DNA of 64,000 nucleotides from the NCBI GenBank assembly GCA_951406725.2, contig OX597833.1, positions 34,038,001 to 34,102,000 of the forward strand. The letters run 5' to 3'. The stretch comes from Octopus vulgaris. Lineage: Eukaryota. The notes under the pieces were generated by a model that searched no databases, was not told the origin of the DNA, and saw nothing but the letters and a program-made list of their open reading frames with translations. Below, piece by piece: positions 1 to 10,559 of the stretch. The number at the start of each line of letters is the position of its first letter. Positions within the stretch are counted from its first letter, which is position 1. A program made the translations under genes and the position numbers.

Positions 1-34
1 GATGAGGAATTATGTACATTATTTACATCATTTA

Positions 35-96
35 TGGCGTAGTGGTTAAGAGTACGGGCTACTAACCCCACGATTCCGAGTTCGATTTCAAGCAGT
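35..96 (+). mobile_element. tRNA-derived SINE head (Pol III A/B boxes)
   Basis: A box TGGCGTAGTGG (35-45), anticodon-arm-like GGG-CTACTAA-CCC, B box GAGTTCGATT (78-87); no intact acceptor stem. Confidence 0.75.
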
Positions 97-103
97 TGTT
101 GTT

Positions 104-149
104 AACACAACGTTTTGGTTGATATATCCTCCAGTCTTCATCAGGTGTC
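104..149 (-). ncRNA. Degenerate hammerhead copy (G12A)
   Basis: Minus strand reads GACAC-CTGATGA-AGACTGG...CAACC-AAAACGTT-GTGTT; GAAA changed to AAAA at a CpG. Confidence 0.6.
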
Positions 150-312
150 TTGCGGAATTTTCGAACCTGGGTTCACATTACTAAGGTATGTTACAATGTT
201 ATTATTATTATATTATAATAATAACATCGTAAAATTATCGTTAATATTATATAATAATAATAACATCAAAAAATACCTTAGGAATGTGAACCCAGGCTCA
301 AAATTTCCCCAA

Positions 313-358
313 GACACCTGATGAAGGCTGGAGGGTATATCAACCGAAACGTTGTGTT
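313..358 (+). ncRNA. Minimal type I hammerhead ribozyme motif (C3-G8)
   Basis: GACAC-CTGATGA-A-GGCTG(loop)CAACC-GAA-ACGT-T-GTGTT: stem I, core boxes, stem II with one mismatch, palindromic ACGT in place of helix III. Confidence 0.75.
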
Positions 359-429
359 AGCAACAACAAGATGAGGACAAATATCCGTCAAATGTAAATA
401 ATTCGGGTTAACTAGGTTGTTCTGGTGCA

Positions 430-900
430 GTAGTGGGATTTTTTTTTTAATCTTTTGGTCTAATCTCCATCTTCATGATACATGCTTTTTTGACAATCTA
501 TGTATAAGTTCTAAATTGGTAAATTTGATAGTTACTAGTGATGGTAGTTCAGCATCTCCAAGACTAGTTCAATCTGGTTGATATTTTCTAGCTAAAGGCT
601 TTTGACAATTTCTCAGGTGCTGGAAACATAACATCCTCGTTTGTTATTTTGAAACCCAAGTAGACTACCTCATGAACCATAAGGCTGAGCTTTTTTTCTT
701 CTTCTTTAACTTAAGAACCATAGTTTAACAACACATGCAGTATCTCTTCAAGGTTTTTGTTTTCATTATACATATTTATCATTAGTATATCATCAATTCG
801 AATGCAAACAATACACAGCTGAGTACTCAAAGTTTAAATTTGGATCCAAGCTTTTCGAAATACATTATTACTTCATTGCAATTTGGAAACATTGAAACTT
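430..900 (-). pseudogene. Gypsy-type RT remnant
   Basis: Minus-strand fragments VCIRIDDIY, NLEEILHVLLNYG-LKLKKK and VHEVVYLGFKI match the YxDD to YLG region of Ty3/Gypsy RT; many disablements. Confidence 0.55.
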
Positions 901-3064
901 TGCTAAGCCCTATCTCTTGTGCTCTGAGATTTCAGATATACATAAGAAACAATTATATTTTTTTAAGCTGATATGAATAGGTAGTGATCTTTATCATTTT
1001 ATTCTATTTCCATCTCAACCAGAACCAGAATAACAGAATTAAAATCTTAGTCTGGGAGATGTTTTGATATTAATTTTTGAAAGATGTGTGCAGCACAAAC
1101 ATGAGAAGTTTTTAGTTAGACATTAGATATTGGAAACGGTGAATTGGGTAGACTTTTAAATATGATATCTAAAGTGATATCTACAATTATTTACACACTC
1201 ATCTAGCTGAGGGTCAGGATTCAATATTTTTCCACAACACACTGGAAAATACCCCTTGACTGAATGAACCTGCAAACTGATGGTATTTAGGGCAAGAATG
1301 TCTGTGAAGAGTATTCACTTTTAGCAGCTCTTGAGAGTCCCCAACCAAAAACAATGGCTGATAATGAATTATTGATAGCCTGAACCATTGATAGTCTGCT
1401 TATAGCTCATACAGATTCTTATTGTCTTATTATCTTTTAAAAAAAATAACCAGAAAAGTATATTTAAATCTACTGGCTGATCAATACCTTCACCTACCAA
1501 TTTATAAAGCTCAACAATTCTTTCTTTTAACACATGTAAAAAAGTTTAGCTTTGAAAAGCTAACGCTTTGGCACAGCTTTACAGTTGACTTTGATGAGAA
1601 CCTTGATGAGGCTGTGGAACAAATTGTTAAGTGGGAGCTTTACAAAATTAAGAAATATGGCACTTTTGAATCTTCAATATCATTAGTAGCAAAAAAAAAA
1701 GGACCTTAGTTTGACCATTCTTTATTTTCCAACCAAAAGTGGCCACATCTGGAGGGTAATATCCTGAAATACCTGTGATTAAATTTCAGGCAAACCAGCC
1801 TGTCTGTTGGCAGAATTGATTCTGATGTATTCGTGAGGTAAATACTTTACTTTATTACCAATATAATAATCATAGACTGAAGGCACAACCTTAGAGTCAT
1901 AAACATGCTTTTCTCTTTTTCCAACTTCAAACCACAGTCGGATAGCCTATGCAGAACCTCTTCAAGATTTTTCTTTATTTTATGCTCTTCATTTTATTTT
2001 CCTGTCACCAGTATGCTTTCAGTTTGAACACACTGACCTGGAATTAAGGTGCTAAAGGGTTTTCTCTTTTTTTTTCCCACATCTTACCAGCCCAGTATTC
2101 CATTCTGCCATGTGATGCTGTTTACTTTAGAAATACAGCTGCTACAATTTCAAAACAGCAACCAAAAGTCTATTCTATCTAGGAGATAGATACAGGTTAA
2201 AAATAAAGTAATCCCTTGTGGTCTATCACATATGAGGATACAACACATACTAGCAAAATATGTAATTACTGTGAATATTGGATGATGTGAATATGCAAAC
2301 AATAAATATGTGATTGATATGTTAACATTGGTATGTTTTTTTGTGGGTTTGTCCATTATAAAGTGTATAGAAAGTGGATATTAGTTACGTTGTCAGTTTT
2401 GAACTGCAGCTGATTGAGACTTCTGAACATAAATGATTACTTGTGAATATTATCATTTGGTTAAGAGTATGTAACTTGGCATGGTTATGGCATCCAAATT
2501 GGTACTGACTGATCCTAACCTTTCTGAAGCATGGTTGGGAGGAGGAGAGAGGGGAGGGGAGAGAAAATTTGTTTTTTATCAAGGGTGGTAATGAAGTTAC
2601 AACTGTTCATTTGAAACAACTAAAGGACATATGTTTCAGTAAGATGCAAGAGATTATAATGAATAGCATAAAACTTGAAATGAAGTTAGTCATTGCAGAA
2701 TGAGACAGAAGGAACACCAGGAATCTTCTAAACCCATTATAAATTTTCTGCATCAACTTCATGTGGTAACTCTAGATATTTTGAATTTGATCATCTTGGT
2801 CAAAATGACCAAAGTATTGAAGGGAAATCTAGACAAATGAGACTCATTGACCACCTGTATTATACACACCAAAGATTAAGAAAGTTAAACAGCTGAAGCT
2901 GAGAATTATGTCACTTAATTCATACAACAGCAAAAATGTATTACTCATAAGGTGGAGCTAAGAGTTGTCTAAGTTTATCAACTGGCCAAACTGAAGAAAC
3001 GTTCTAAATGCAAATTTTGAGGTTATGAAAATGCATTAGTTCCTCTCTCTCTCTCTCTGAGATA

Positions 3065-3723
3065 TGTGGTACAAATGCTGACGTGGCAGATGACAGATAG
3101 TTTTCAGCCCCTTGACCCTAGTTGTGTCTGCTACTCTGATTGGTTGGTTTTGGTGCAGTTTAACTCTTGCTTTATTTCACACCAATGTGTAAACCAACCA
3201 ATCGCAGCCTTCTGATAAGGTCCCATGACGCAGTCTTCTAGGTTCTCTTCTGGAACCCACTAATCTCTTTAAAAGCTAGATCAACAAGCCATATTGCGTC
3301 ATTGGTTCTCACCACTGATCAAAGAGCACAGCCAGTTCCAGCGATTTAGCCATGTTCCAGCAACAGACAGCAACAACACCACTACAGCATTTCAGGACCT
3401 TTCTCCACCGTTGCCTTAATCTCAACGTCACTTTTCAATCTAAACATCGTCTCCACCAACATCAATACGTACACAGCAACATCGCCCAGGTTTAACTACG
3501 CTGTTTGTGAATACTCGCCAAGGTTAACTGCTAGCCTACCTGCGAGAACCTTCTGTACCAAGTAACCCGGCACAGCATTGAAGCCACAACCACTTCACAA
3601 CATGTGTTCAACTGGCCTCTGCCTTTTGACCCCAACCTCATTGTTACAGAATTACAATTATTGCGTTCATTACTACGAACTGGTATTTATCTACATGTTG
3701 TGTGATCTTCTTCTAGTGTCTCA
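3065..3723 (+). mobile_element. Possible solo LTR
   Basis: CpG-richer block starting TGTGG and ending ..TCA, with CCAAT (aaccaatc) and TATA-like tttaaaag, flanked by microsatellites; no partner LTR or TSD seen. Confidence 0.3.
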
Positions 3724-3745
3724 TTATATATATATATATATATAT

Positions 3746-3824
3746 GAAGTATATTTGCCATCTAAATATGGCGCTAACCACTAAGGGTGGATGTCACTGT
3801 AGCTTTAGATGGCAAATATACTTC
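3746..3824. repeat. 21-bp perfect inverted repeat
   Basis: gaagtatatttgccatctaaa (3746-3766) / tttagatggcaaatatacttc (3804-3824). Confidence 0.9.
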
Positions 3825-3865
3825 CCATTGTCGTGCAGTTACTGTCTATACCTCGTTCAGAGATT

Positions 3866-3912
<47 letters not shown>

Positions 3913-3918
<6 letters not shown>

Positions 3919-4123
3919 GTGCTGAAAATTTATTGGCTCTAAGGGTATCGTGAAAGGCCTTTTTGGAGGCCTAACCTTCCAAGTTCTCTCATAGATCTTA
4001 GAAAAACTGAAGGACTGCTACAATAAGTGTGTAAATCTGAGTGGGGTAATATGTTGAATAAAATCATAATTAACTGATCCTCATGTATTTTCATTTACCC
4101 AAAGCCAGGAACTTTTCAGTACC

Positions 4124-4128
<5 letters not shown>
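3913..4128. mobile_element. mariner-type MITE
   Basis: Imperfect TIRs gagaggtgctgaaaatttattggct / agccaggaacttttcagtacccct; partial second copy at ~28077-28137. Confidence 0.7.
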
Positions 4129-4189
<61 letters not shown>

Positions 4190-4196
4190 ATGTGTT

Positions 4197-4235
<39 letters not shown>
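4129..4235. repeat. (TG)n microsatellite
   Basis: Direct reading. Confidence 0.95.
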
Positions 4236-4237
<2 letters not shown>

Positions 4238-4935
4238 ACAGTATGTTAATATAAGAATTCCAAAACTCAAAAGAAATTATTAAAATATAGCTTGTTTTCA
4301 CTAATTTTGTTAATTTTCTCAGATGTTCAGTAAATTTTTTTAGCTGTATATTTTCCTTCACTTTTTCCAAATACTTTTGTCTCTTTAGTTTTTTTTCTGT
4401 AAATCATGGGAAGGTAGCAACTTTTGTTAACTGGGAAGCCATTGTCTTGAGTGTGTTATTGGCTGTGTCACCAGCTCTGAGATTAAAGAAAGCTATTAGT
4501 ACAGCAAGATGCATTTGGCCTAATATACTTGAAATCAACTTCACTATCTTCATGGTAACAGAGGTTCTTGATCATCTGTCTTAGACCATCTGCATTAGCT
4601 GAATGCTTCTAAAAAATGAGCCAAACGGTTTTTATAGGGGAATGGAAACCAAATTCTAGAATATTTGAGAAAACTGTTCGTGTATTGCTTCACACTAATT
4701 GGTCAGTTAATAGAACAATCACATGGAACTATGGTGGCTTGCTTGTGATGTCTGACCTCATATCCAAGGATTTGGTTTTGAATCATCTCTATGCCATTAA
4801 CAAAATGTAGTTACAGTAGAATAAGTAGAGAAGAGGGATTTTGACAATGGTTCAAAGTTGTGCATCGAATGAATATGGATTTGTCAGTTTTCCAATATTT
4901 GGAAATAGCTTAAAATTTTAAAAAATATATATATA

Positions 4936-5316
4936 TTAACCATCTTACAAACAATAACTCTGAGCACCTTTTCAAACTCCATCTGTCTAACATCCATGGA
5001 CATGTTTACAAAGTCAGAAAACAGCACAGCTGTTTCGGAAACATTTTTTCATGCTAAGAGTTGCTGAAGCATGGAACAAACTGCCAGCATCGGTTGTTAG
5101 TTGTTGGAGCACTGCATCCTTCAAAACTTCCATGCTTCCTGAGATTCACCAACACTACACCTGATTTTCTCCCCTCCATACACACGCAAGCATGTATCTG
5201 ACTCCTGCACTGTTCACTTTCCAGACATTTGTACATTACTGCATATTCTTTATATGCACTTTTAACAAGTTGTGGTGCACCTGAGCATTGTATACAATAA
5301 TTTCATTATTATTATT
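4936..5316 (+). mobile_element. 5'-truncated CR1-type LINE 3' end
   Basis: Nearly identical to ~12765-13150; ends in (ATT)n tail. A tail-only copy is at ~20152-20199. Confidence 0.9.
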
Positions 5317-7169
5317 ATATACTCCCCTTTTCAACATGGACTGGTTCTAGCAGTTGGGTAGATGGCACTCTACAATTGTGGAAGAAGCTTGAATTGTTAT
5401 TTCCAGAGTGGATAAAACTGACTTAGAATTTAAGACAATTTACAGTCAAAACTATTTTCTAGTGTCTTTTTGATGAATTTGATCAATATTCAAGGTGTTG
5501 CCTACTTTTGTTATATTCTCTGGAAATCATGTTGATGTTTTGCTCATAGAAAACATCAGTGACTTTCTTAAACTGGATGAGGTCTGCATCTCCTCAGAGT
5601 TGGAGCCGAAGTATGTGGGAGAATGAGGTGTCATTGCTTTAAGTCCCTTGATTCCAGAGGCCCCATATCAACTGAATAAGGGGTCCATTGGTTGCCACAG
5701 TGAGTTAAACCTAATTATTAAATGAGTCCCTAGCTAGAGTAAATATCACTTCACCTCTGAAACCAGTGAGATTGTCAAGCGCAATGAGAAGTGATTCAAT
5801 GGACTTGTATCAAGACACAAGAAACCAGTGCCATTTTGTATGAGATCTCACCGGTAGCCATTACCATGTCTGAGACAGGAGCACGATCTTGTCTGCAACC
5901 ATTTGCCATGCACAAGATGACAGTGAGATCCTCATCAGCAACGACTATTTAATCAGGAGAATTAAGACATTCTCTCTCTTTCTTCCTTCTCACTTACACT
6001 GAGAAACACTGTAAAGCTGGCAGCTCACAGCGGACTCTTATCCTGCTCTAACTTCACCTGTTATCTCCAGAGGTAATGAACCTCACATGAATGGAGCTAT
6101 AATGAACCATGCGCTACCATAAAGATGGTCACTGGGAGTGAGTCGCATGAATGAGAACTAAAAATAAAAGACTATTGAATTGCACACCGTTTATAAACTT
6201 CTTCTTCGTGTTCCAGATCCTTAAGACTACAGAAATAATAGTAATGAGAGAAGGAGATACTCCACAGGTATCACAAGCCTTCAATTCTATTAGAGACTCA
6301 CTTTTTACTCATGGATTAGAGGCAGATGCTTCTTTATGTGAAACATCACTGTTAACACCCCCTTTGCACTACCATATGTCTTTCATACTGTGGAAAAAGA
6401 GGGGATTGCTGCAGCCATAACTGGATGAATAGGTTGTCTCAATAATGTGAACACCAGTGTCTCCTGGGGTGATGTATAACAGAGAGAGGGTACCTCACTC
6501 TGTTTTCGTTATTTATTATAGGTTACCTTTTCTTTCATATTGTCTCCATTTTCATAGTGTCTACTTTTGTGATTTTTTTTCACTGAATTAATACAAATGG
6601 TTAATATGATAATGTATATATCTTCACATAAATGCCTTTACTGTACTACAGAAAATGCTACCTATAGTGCTGAACATTATAAGGTAAACATGGACATTGT
6701 TTTATAAAATTTAAGTTTGTTAAAAAAAATACCTTTATAAAATAAGTATTTGTTATTTACTCACATTTTAACCTTTTTCTTCTTAGGTTGTTATCTTTTC
6801 AACAGTCTAAGTTCTTTGTCAGTTTCCTCTTGGGCAAAAAACATAGGTTGGCAATGTGAGTATATAAGAGCAAAAACAAAGGTTGGCAGTGTAAGTAATA
6901 TTCTTTAGCATAGTTTAATACTATTTTTAGCTTATTTATTTTGTATTGCAATTCGTGAACAAAAGTGCAATTAGCTAAGATTTCTAATAGGCCAATCACT
7001 GGTTCACTGATTTTCTGTTAGCAAAAGTAACAAGGTAATGTTAAAAACATTTCACATAGTATTTAATTCATGAATACTGGGTTTTCAATTTCCTCACCAC
7101 TTATTATGCTCATCACAGTTGTAAATAGAAGATAGATATACATATATATAACATACAAAGGGATTGCAC

Positions 7170-7318
7170 AGAGTTTCAGTCTCCGAAATTCAGCTCACAA
7201 AATGCTGGTCACTCTGAGGTTATGATAGAAGACACCTGCCCAAGGTGTTGCATAGTGGAATTGTACATGGGACCATGTGGTTGTCAAGTGAATTTGTTAA
7301 CTTCACAGCCATGCTTGC
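7170..7318 (-). mobile_element. tRNA-derived SINE, degenerate 5' part
   Basis: tagaagacacctgcccaaggtg...cacagccatgc is the reverse complement of the SINE head at 53433-53590. Confidence 0.75.
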
Positions 7319-7820
7319 TAGTTACATTTTCCACAACAATAATTTTTAGTACTTGTACTTATCTGGTGCTAAAGATATTCAAATGTAGCTATCCGTCAAT
7401 GAAGGACATAAAAACCCACAGCAGTCATCTTTAGCTTAATACTTAGTACAGCAGTTCTCAAGCTGACAAATACAACCACCTATAAAAATATAATAGGGAA
7501 AATTGTTTACCTCACCTATATGTATCATTCTTCTTTTTTAATGTTGTGTTGGACAAGTTTAAAACCAACTAAATTTCATCAACCATTGCGATTTGTGTAC
7601 CTTTTTTCAATTGTCTCAGCTCTCTGTATGAGAAAGATTGTACATTGAGAATTACCTCCCTTGCTTCACGCTTTACATCGTTTAACTGAGTAAGCCGAAC
7701 TTCAACTCGAATATCGAAATTTACCTTTTCACTTGCGTCATAAATACAGTGATATACAGAATGAGAAACAAGATAACACTGCCACAGCTAAATCTTTGCA
7801 GATATATAAAATATCGGCGA

Positions 7821-8697
7821 AGTTTCGCATGTCGTAGCACAGATTTCCGTCGTTTTCCGTAAAAAACTTTTATTTTTTTACATAAGTAATGAGAGCGCGA
7901 TTTTATGACGAGAAGGTTTCTCTTTGAAATCGGCCTGTGTGTGTTTGATGGGGTGTGGGAGACAGACAGTATGTTGTGTAAGTGAAGTGCTTCTGTTAGT
8001 GTGTGCGAAGAGACAGAGAGAGTAATGTGTGAAAGAGAGAGATAACTGATTTTTTACTCGGTGTATGTGTATATGTATGTATGCATGTATGTGTGTGTGT
8101 GTGTATGTATCTATGTATGTGTGTGTGTGTGTAAGTATGTGTGTGTGTATGTATGTATGTATGGCCGATTCATCGTAATTTTTTACTCGGTGTATGTGTA
8201 TATGTATGTCTGCATGTATGTGTGTGTGTGTATGTATCTATGTATGTGTGTATGTGTATGTGTGTATGTATGTATGGTCGATTCAGTGTAATTTTTTACT
8301 CGGTGTATGTGTATATGTATGTCTGCATGTATGTGTGTGTGTGTATGTATCTATGTGTGTGTGTGTAAGTATGTGTGTGTGTATGTATGTATGTGTGTGT
8401 GTGTATGTATCTATGTATGTGTGTGTGTGTATGTATGGCCGATTCATCGTAATTTTTTACTCGGTGTATGTGTATATGTATGTCTGTCTCTTCGCACACA
8501 CTAACAGAAGCACTTCACTTACACAACATACTGTCTGTCTCCCACACCCCATCAAACACACACAGACCGACTTCAAAGTGAAACCTTCTCGTCGTAAAAT
8601 CACTTCCTCTTAGTCTCTTTCGCTCTCATTACTTATGTAAAAAAATAAAAGTTTTTTACGGAAATCGACGGAAATCTGTGCTACTACAACCGAAACT
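7821..8697. repeat. Fold-back element: ~200-bp inverted arms around a minisatellite
   Basis: Arm 7821-8017 vs arm 8483-8697 (extra ~18 nt in the right arm); centre has repeated ttttttactcggtgtatgtgtatatgtatgt...ggccgattcatcgtaa units. Confidence 0.9.
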
Positions 8698-8769
8698 ATG
8701 CCAAAATGTCTTAATCACTTTTGATGAGGTTTCATGGGTATCTATTTATATTCATAATCAGCGTCATTG

Positions 8770-8824
<55 letters not shown>

Positions 8825-9135
8825 TCCCTTTAATCACGCATACATAAATATGTGTGTAAATGCACGCACGCACACACTCATCTTTTATTTATGTCATGCT
8901 AGGGAACTGGCTTGAAGAATTTTGGTCGAATAAATAAACTCCAATACTTATTTTATGTATGTATATCTGGTAATTATTCTATCGGTTTTCACAGTGTTTA
9001 CTGTTTTACAAAATTAAATTAGAAAATTGGACAAAACAGAGAACACAATTGAAAAAAAAAATAAAGAGAAAAAAGGAAAAAACCAAAACAATTCACCACC
9101 TTGGGTTGAAAAGTTGGGAGCGCTGGGAAACCTTT

Positions 9136-10050
9136 CTAATGGCTATTGAGGCATGCCAGAATGCTTGTAGCATTGCTGCGGGTGATGGCGAGGCTGATGC
9201 GCTGGAACAGCAAAGCGCCCTCACAAGCCTCACCAGCTACCTCTGCAAAACGAGTCGCAAGTGAAGACAGGAATCTTGCTGTCAGTGGGCCGACCCCACC
9301 AAGCGTCTTGAGCGCCACAGGATAGAAAATGTGGTTGGTAGATAGATTGCGGTATTTCAGGATTTTGTTCAGCTCAGCCACAGACACTATGGATCTCGCC
9401 CTGACTGCAGCATCCAGGATGTGAGAAGAAGCAAAGGAGTCACTAACTGTGACATCCCAGACAAGGCATCTACTTTGCAACCAGGGACACAGGGTGAGGC
9501 CGTCAGGTCTCTTCCCATCATATCTGGACAATCCAGATGGTTCCAAGATGGAGGGGACGTTTGCCTGGGCTAAGCTCCTCTTAAGTATCAGGTTCAACTC
9601 TGAATGACACGTGAAGCGACCAGCATTCAGACAGCAAGAAAGACCATGGAGGCCTATGGAGTCGAGGAGCCTGCCACAATGATAGATCAAACCCGTGCAT
9701 ATGTCAGCTCCCACTGTGAGGGCAATGGAGAGACACGAAGTTCATCCAAGCTGAGTAGGATACCAACATTAGCCACAGGGATGGCATCAATCCAGTCACC
9801 TGAGTATTTGGCGCTAGCAGACAGTAAGCGGCACCTTGAAAACTGGTCTGACTGGATGAAGTCGAAGGTGGCCTTCGAAATTATGTTGTCCCAAGCTCTC
9901 TGACTCCGACAGTCCTTCACCTCCTCAGGAGCAGACAAGCCCAATTCCTTCCAGTGGTGGAGGCCTTCACCCAACTCCCTGTTGGAACTGGTCCGTGTTG
10001 GAGAGAAGAGGATGTTGCTCACCAGGGTGGAGCAAGCGTGGATGGAGTGT
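9136..10050 (-). pseudogene. CRE-like non-LTR element C-terminus (CCHC knuckle + restriction-like endonuclease)
   Basis: ORFs 9687-10073 and 9136-9714: SQRAWD, SGDWIDAIP, CG..LDSIGLHGLSC, KRPDGLTL.PW, LVWDVTV.D, K..KY, PVA.KTLG, FQRISLAI.R.N; frameshifted. Confidence 0.8.
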
Positions 10051-10117
10051 CGAACCACTAACTTACAGGACATAAATACACCAACAGTCGTTGTCTACCA
10101 ATAACAGAGGACAAACA

Positions 10118-10169
10118 GACACAATGACACTCATACATATATATGCGCATGTATGAGTGTCATTGTGTC
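10118..10169. repeat. 21-bp perfect hairpin
   Basis: gacacaatgacactcatacat / atgtatgagtgtcattgtgtc with a 10-nt loop. Confidence 0.9.
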
Positions 10170-10559
10170 ATTGCTAGAAATGGCAACCAAATCTCCTTTA
10201 AACCACACCTTACTAGAAGAGCTGAGATGAAGTGGTGAAGGCTGACCTCAGGATTCTGGGCTTAAAGAATGAAATGACAAAGTACTGGGACTTCTGGCAA
10301 TAGGAAATTCTCAAAAAGTTTTGGCATCCTCAGCAAAATAACAGTGCAGAATATTTAGACACTGTTAATACACAAGAGTTCTTGATGGTTACTCTAGAAG
10401 ATACATTCCTACAGCTGGTAACCAAACGTGCATTCATCCAGCTGCAGAAGAATTTGCAGTAATTATGCCAGATGTGAATTTGGAAATAGTACAACCACAA
10501 AGACTTCTGACACTGCATAAAAGGTGTGTTCCTGGTGAATCACTCCTTCAAGCAATCAA

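Larger units (their letters stand above)
96..369. repeat. Inverted repeat (arms ~96-210 and ~251-369), Penelope-like pLTR-type
   Basis: aacacaacgttttggttgatatatcctccagtcttcatcaggtgtctt...ctaaggtat mirrors ataccttag...aagacacctgatgaaggctggagggtatatcaaccgaaacgttgtgtt; bases 18-28 are also an inverted copy of 392-402. Confidence 0.9.

Noticed and set aside
36-96. Functional tRNA gene (ACT anticodon-like loop)
   Set aside because: No acceptor stem or terminator; embedded in a repeat, so better read as a SINE head.
1422-1709. 95-aa ORF
   Set aside because: No motif, non-ATG start, AT-rich; a chance ORF or unrecognisable TE debris.
2620-2900. Gypsy gag-like remnant (KLVIAE..IINFLHQL)
   Set aside because: Too decayed to call without a profile search.
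8061-8613. Cys/Val/Tyr-rich ORFs (also the YI/HT-repeat ORFs at 19.4, 40.1, 46.7 and 48.7 kb)
   Set aside because: These are translations of microsatellites.
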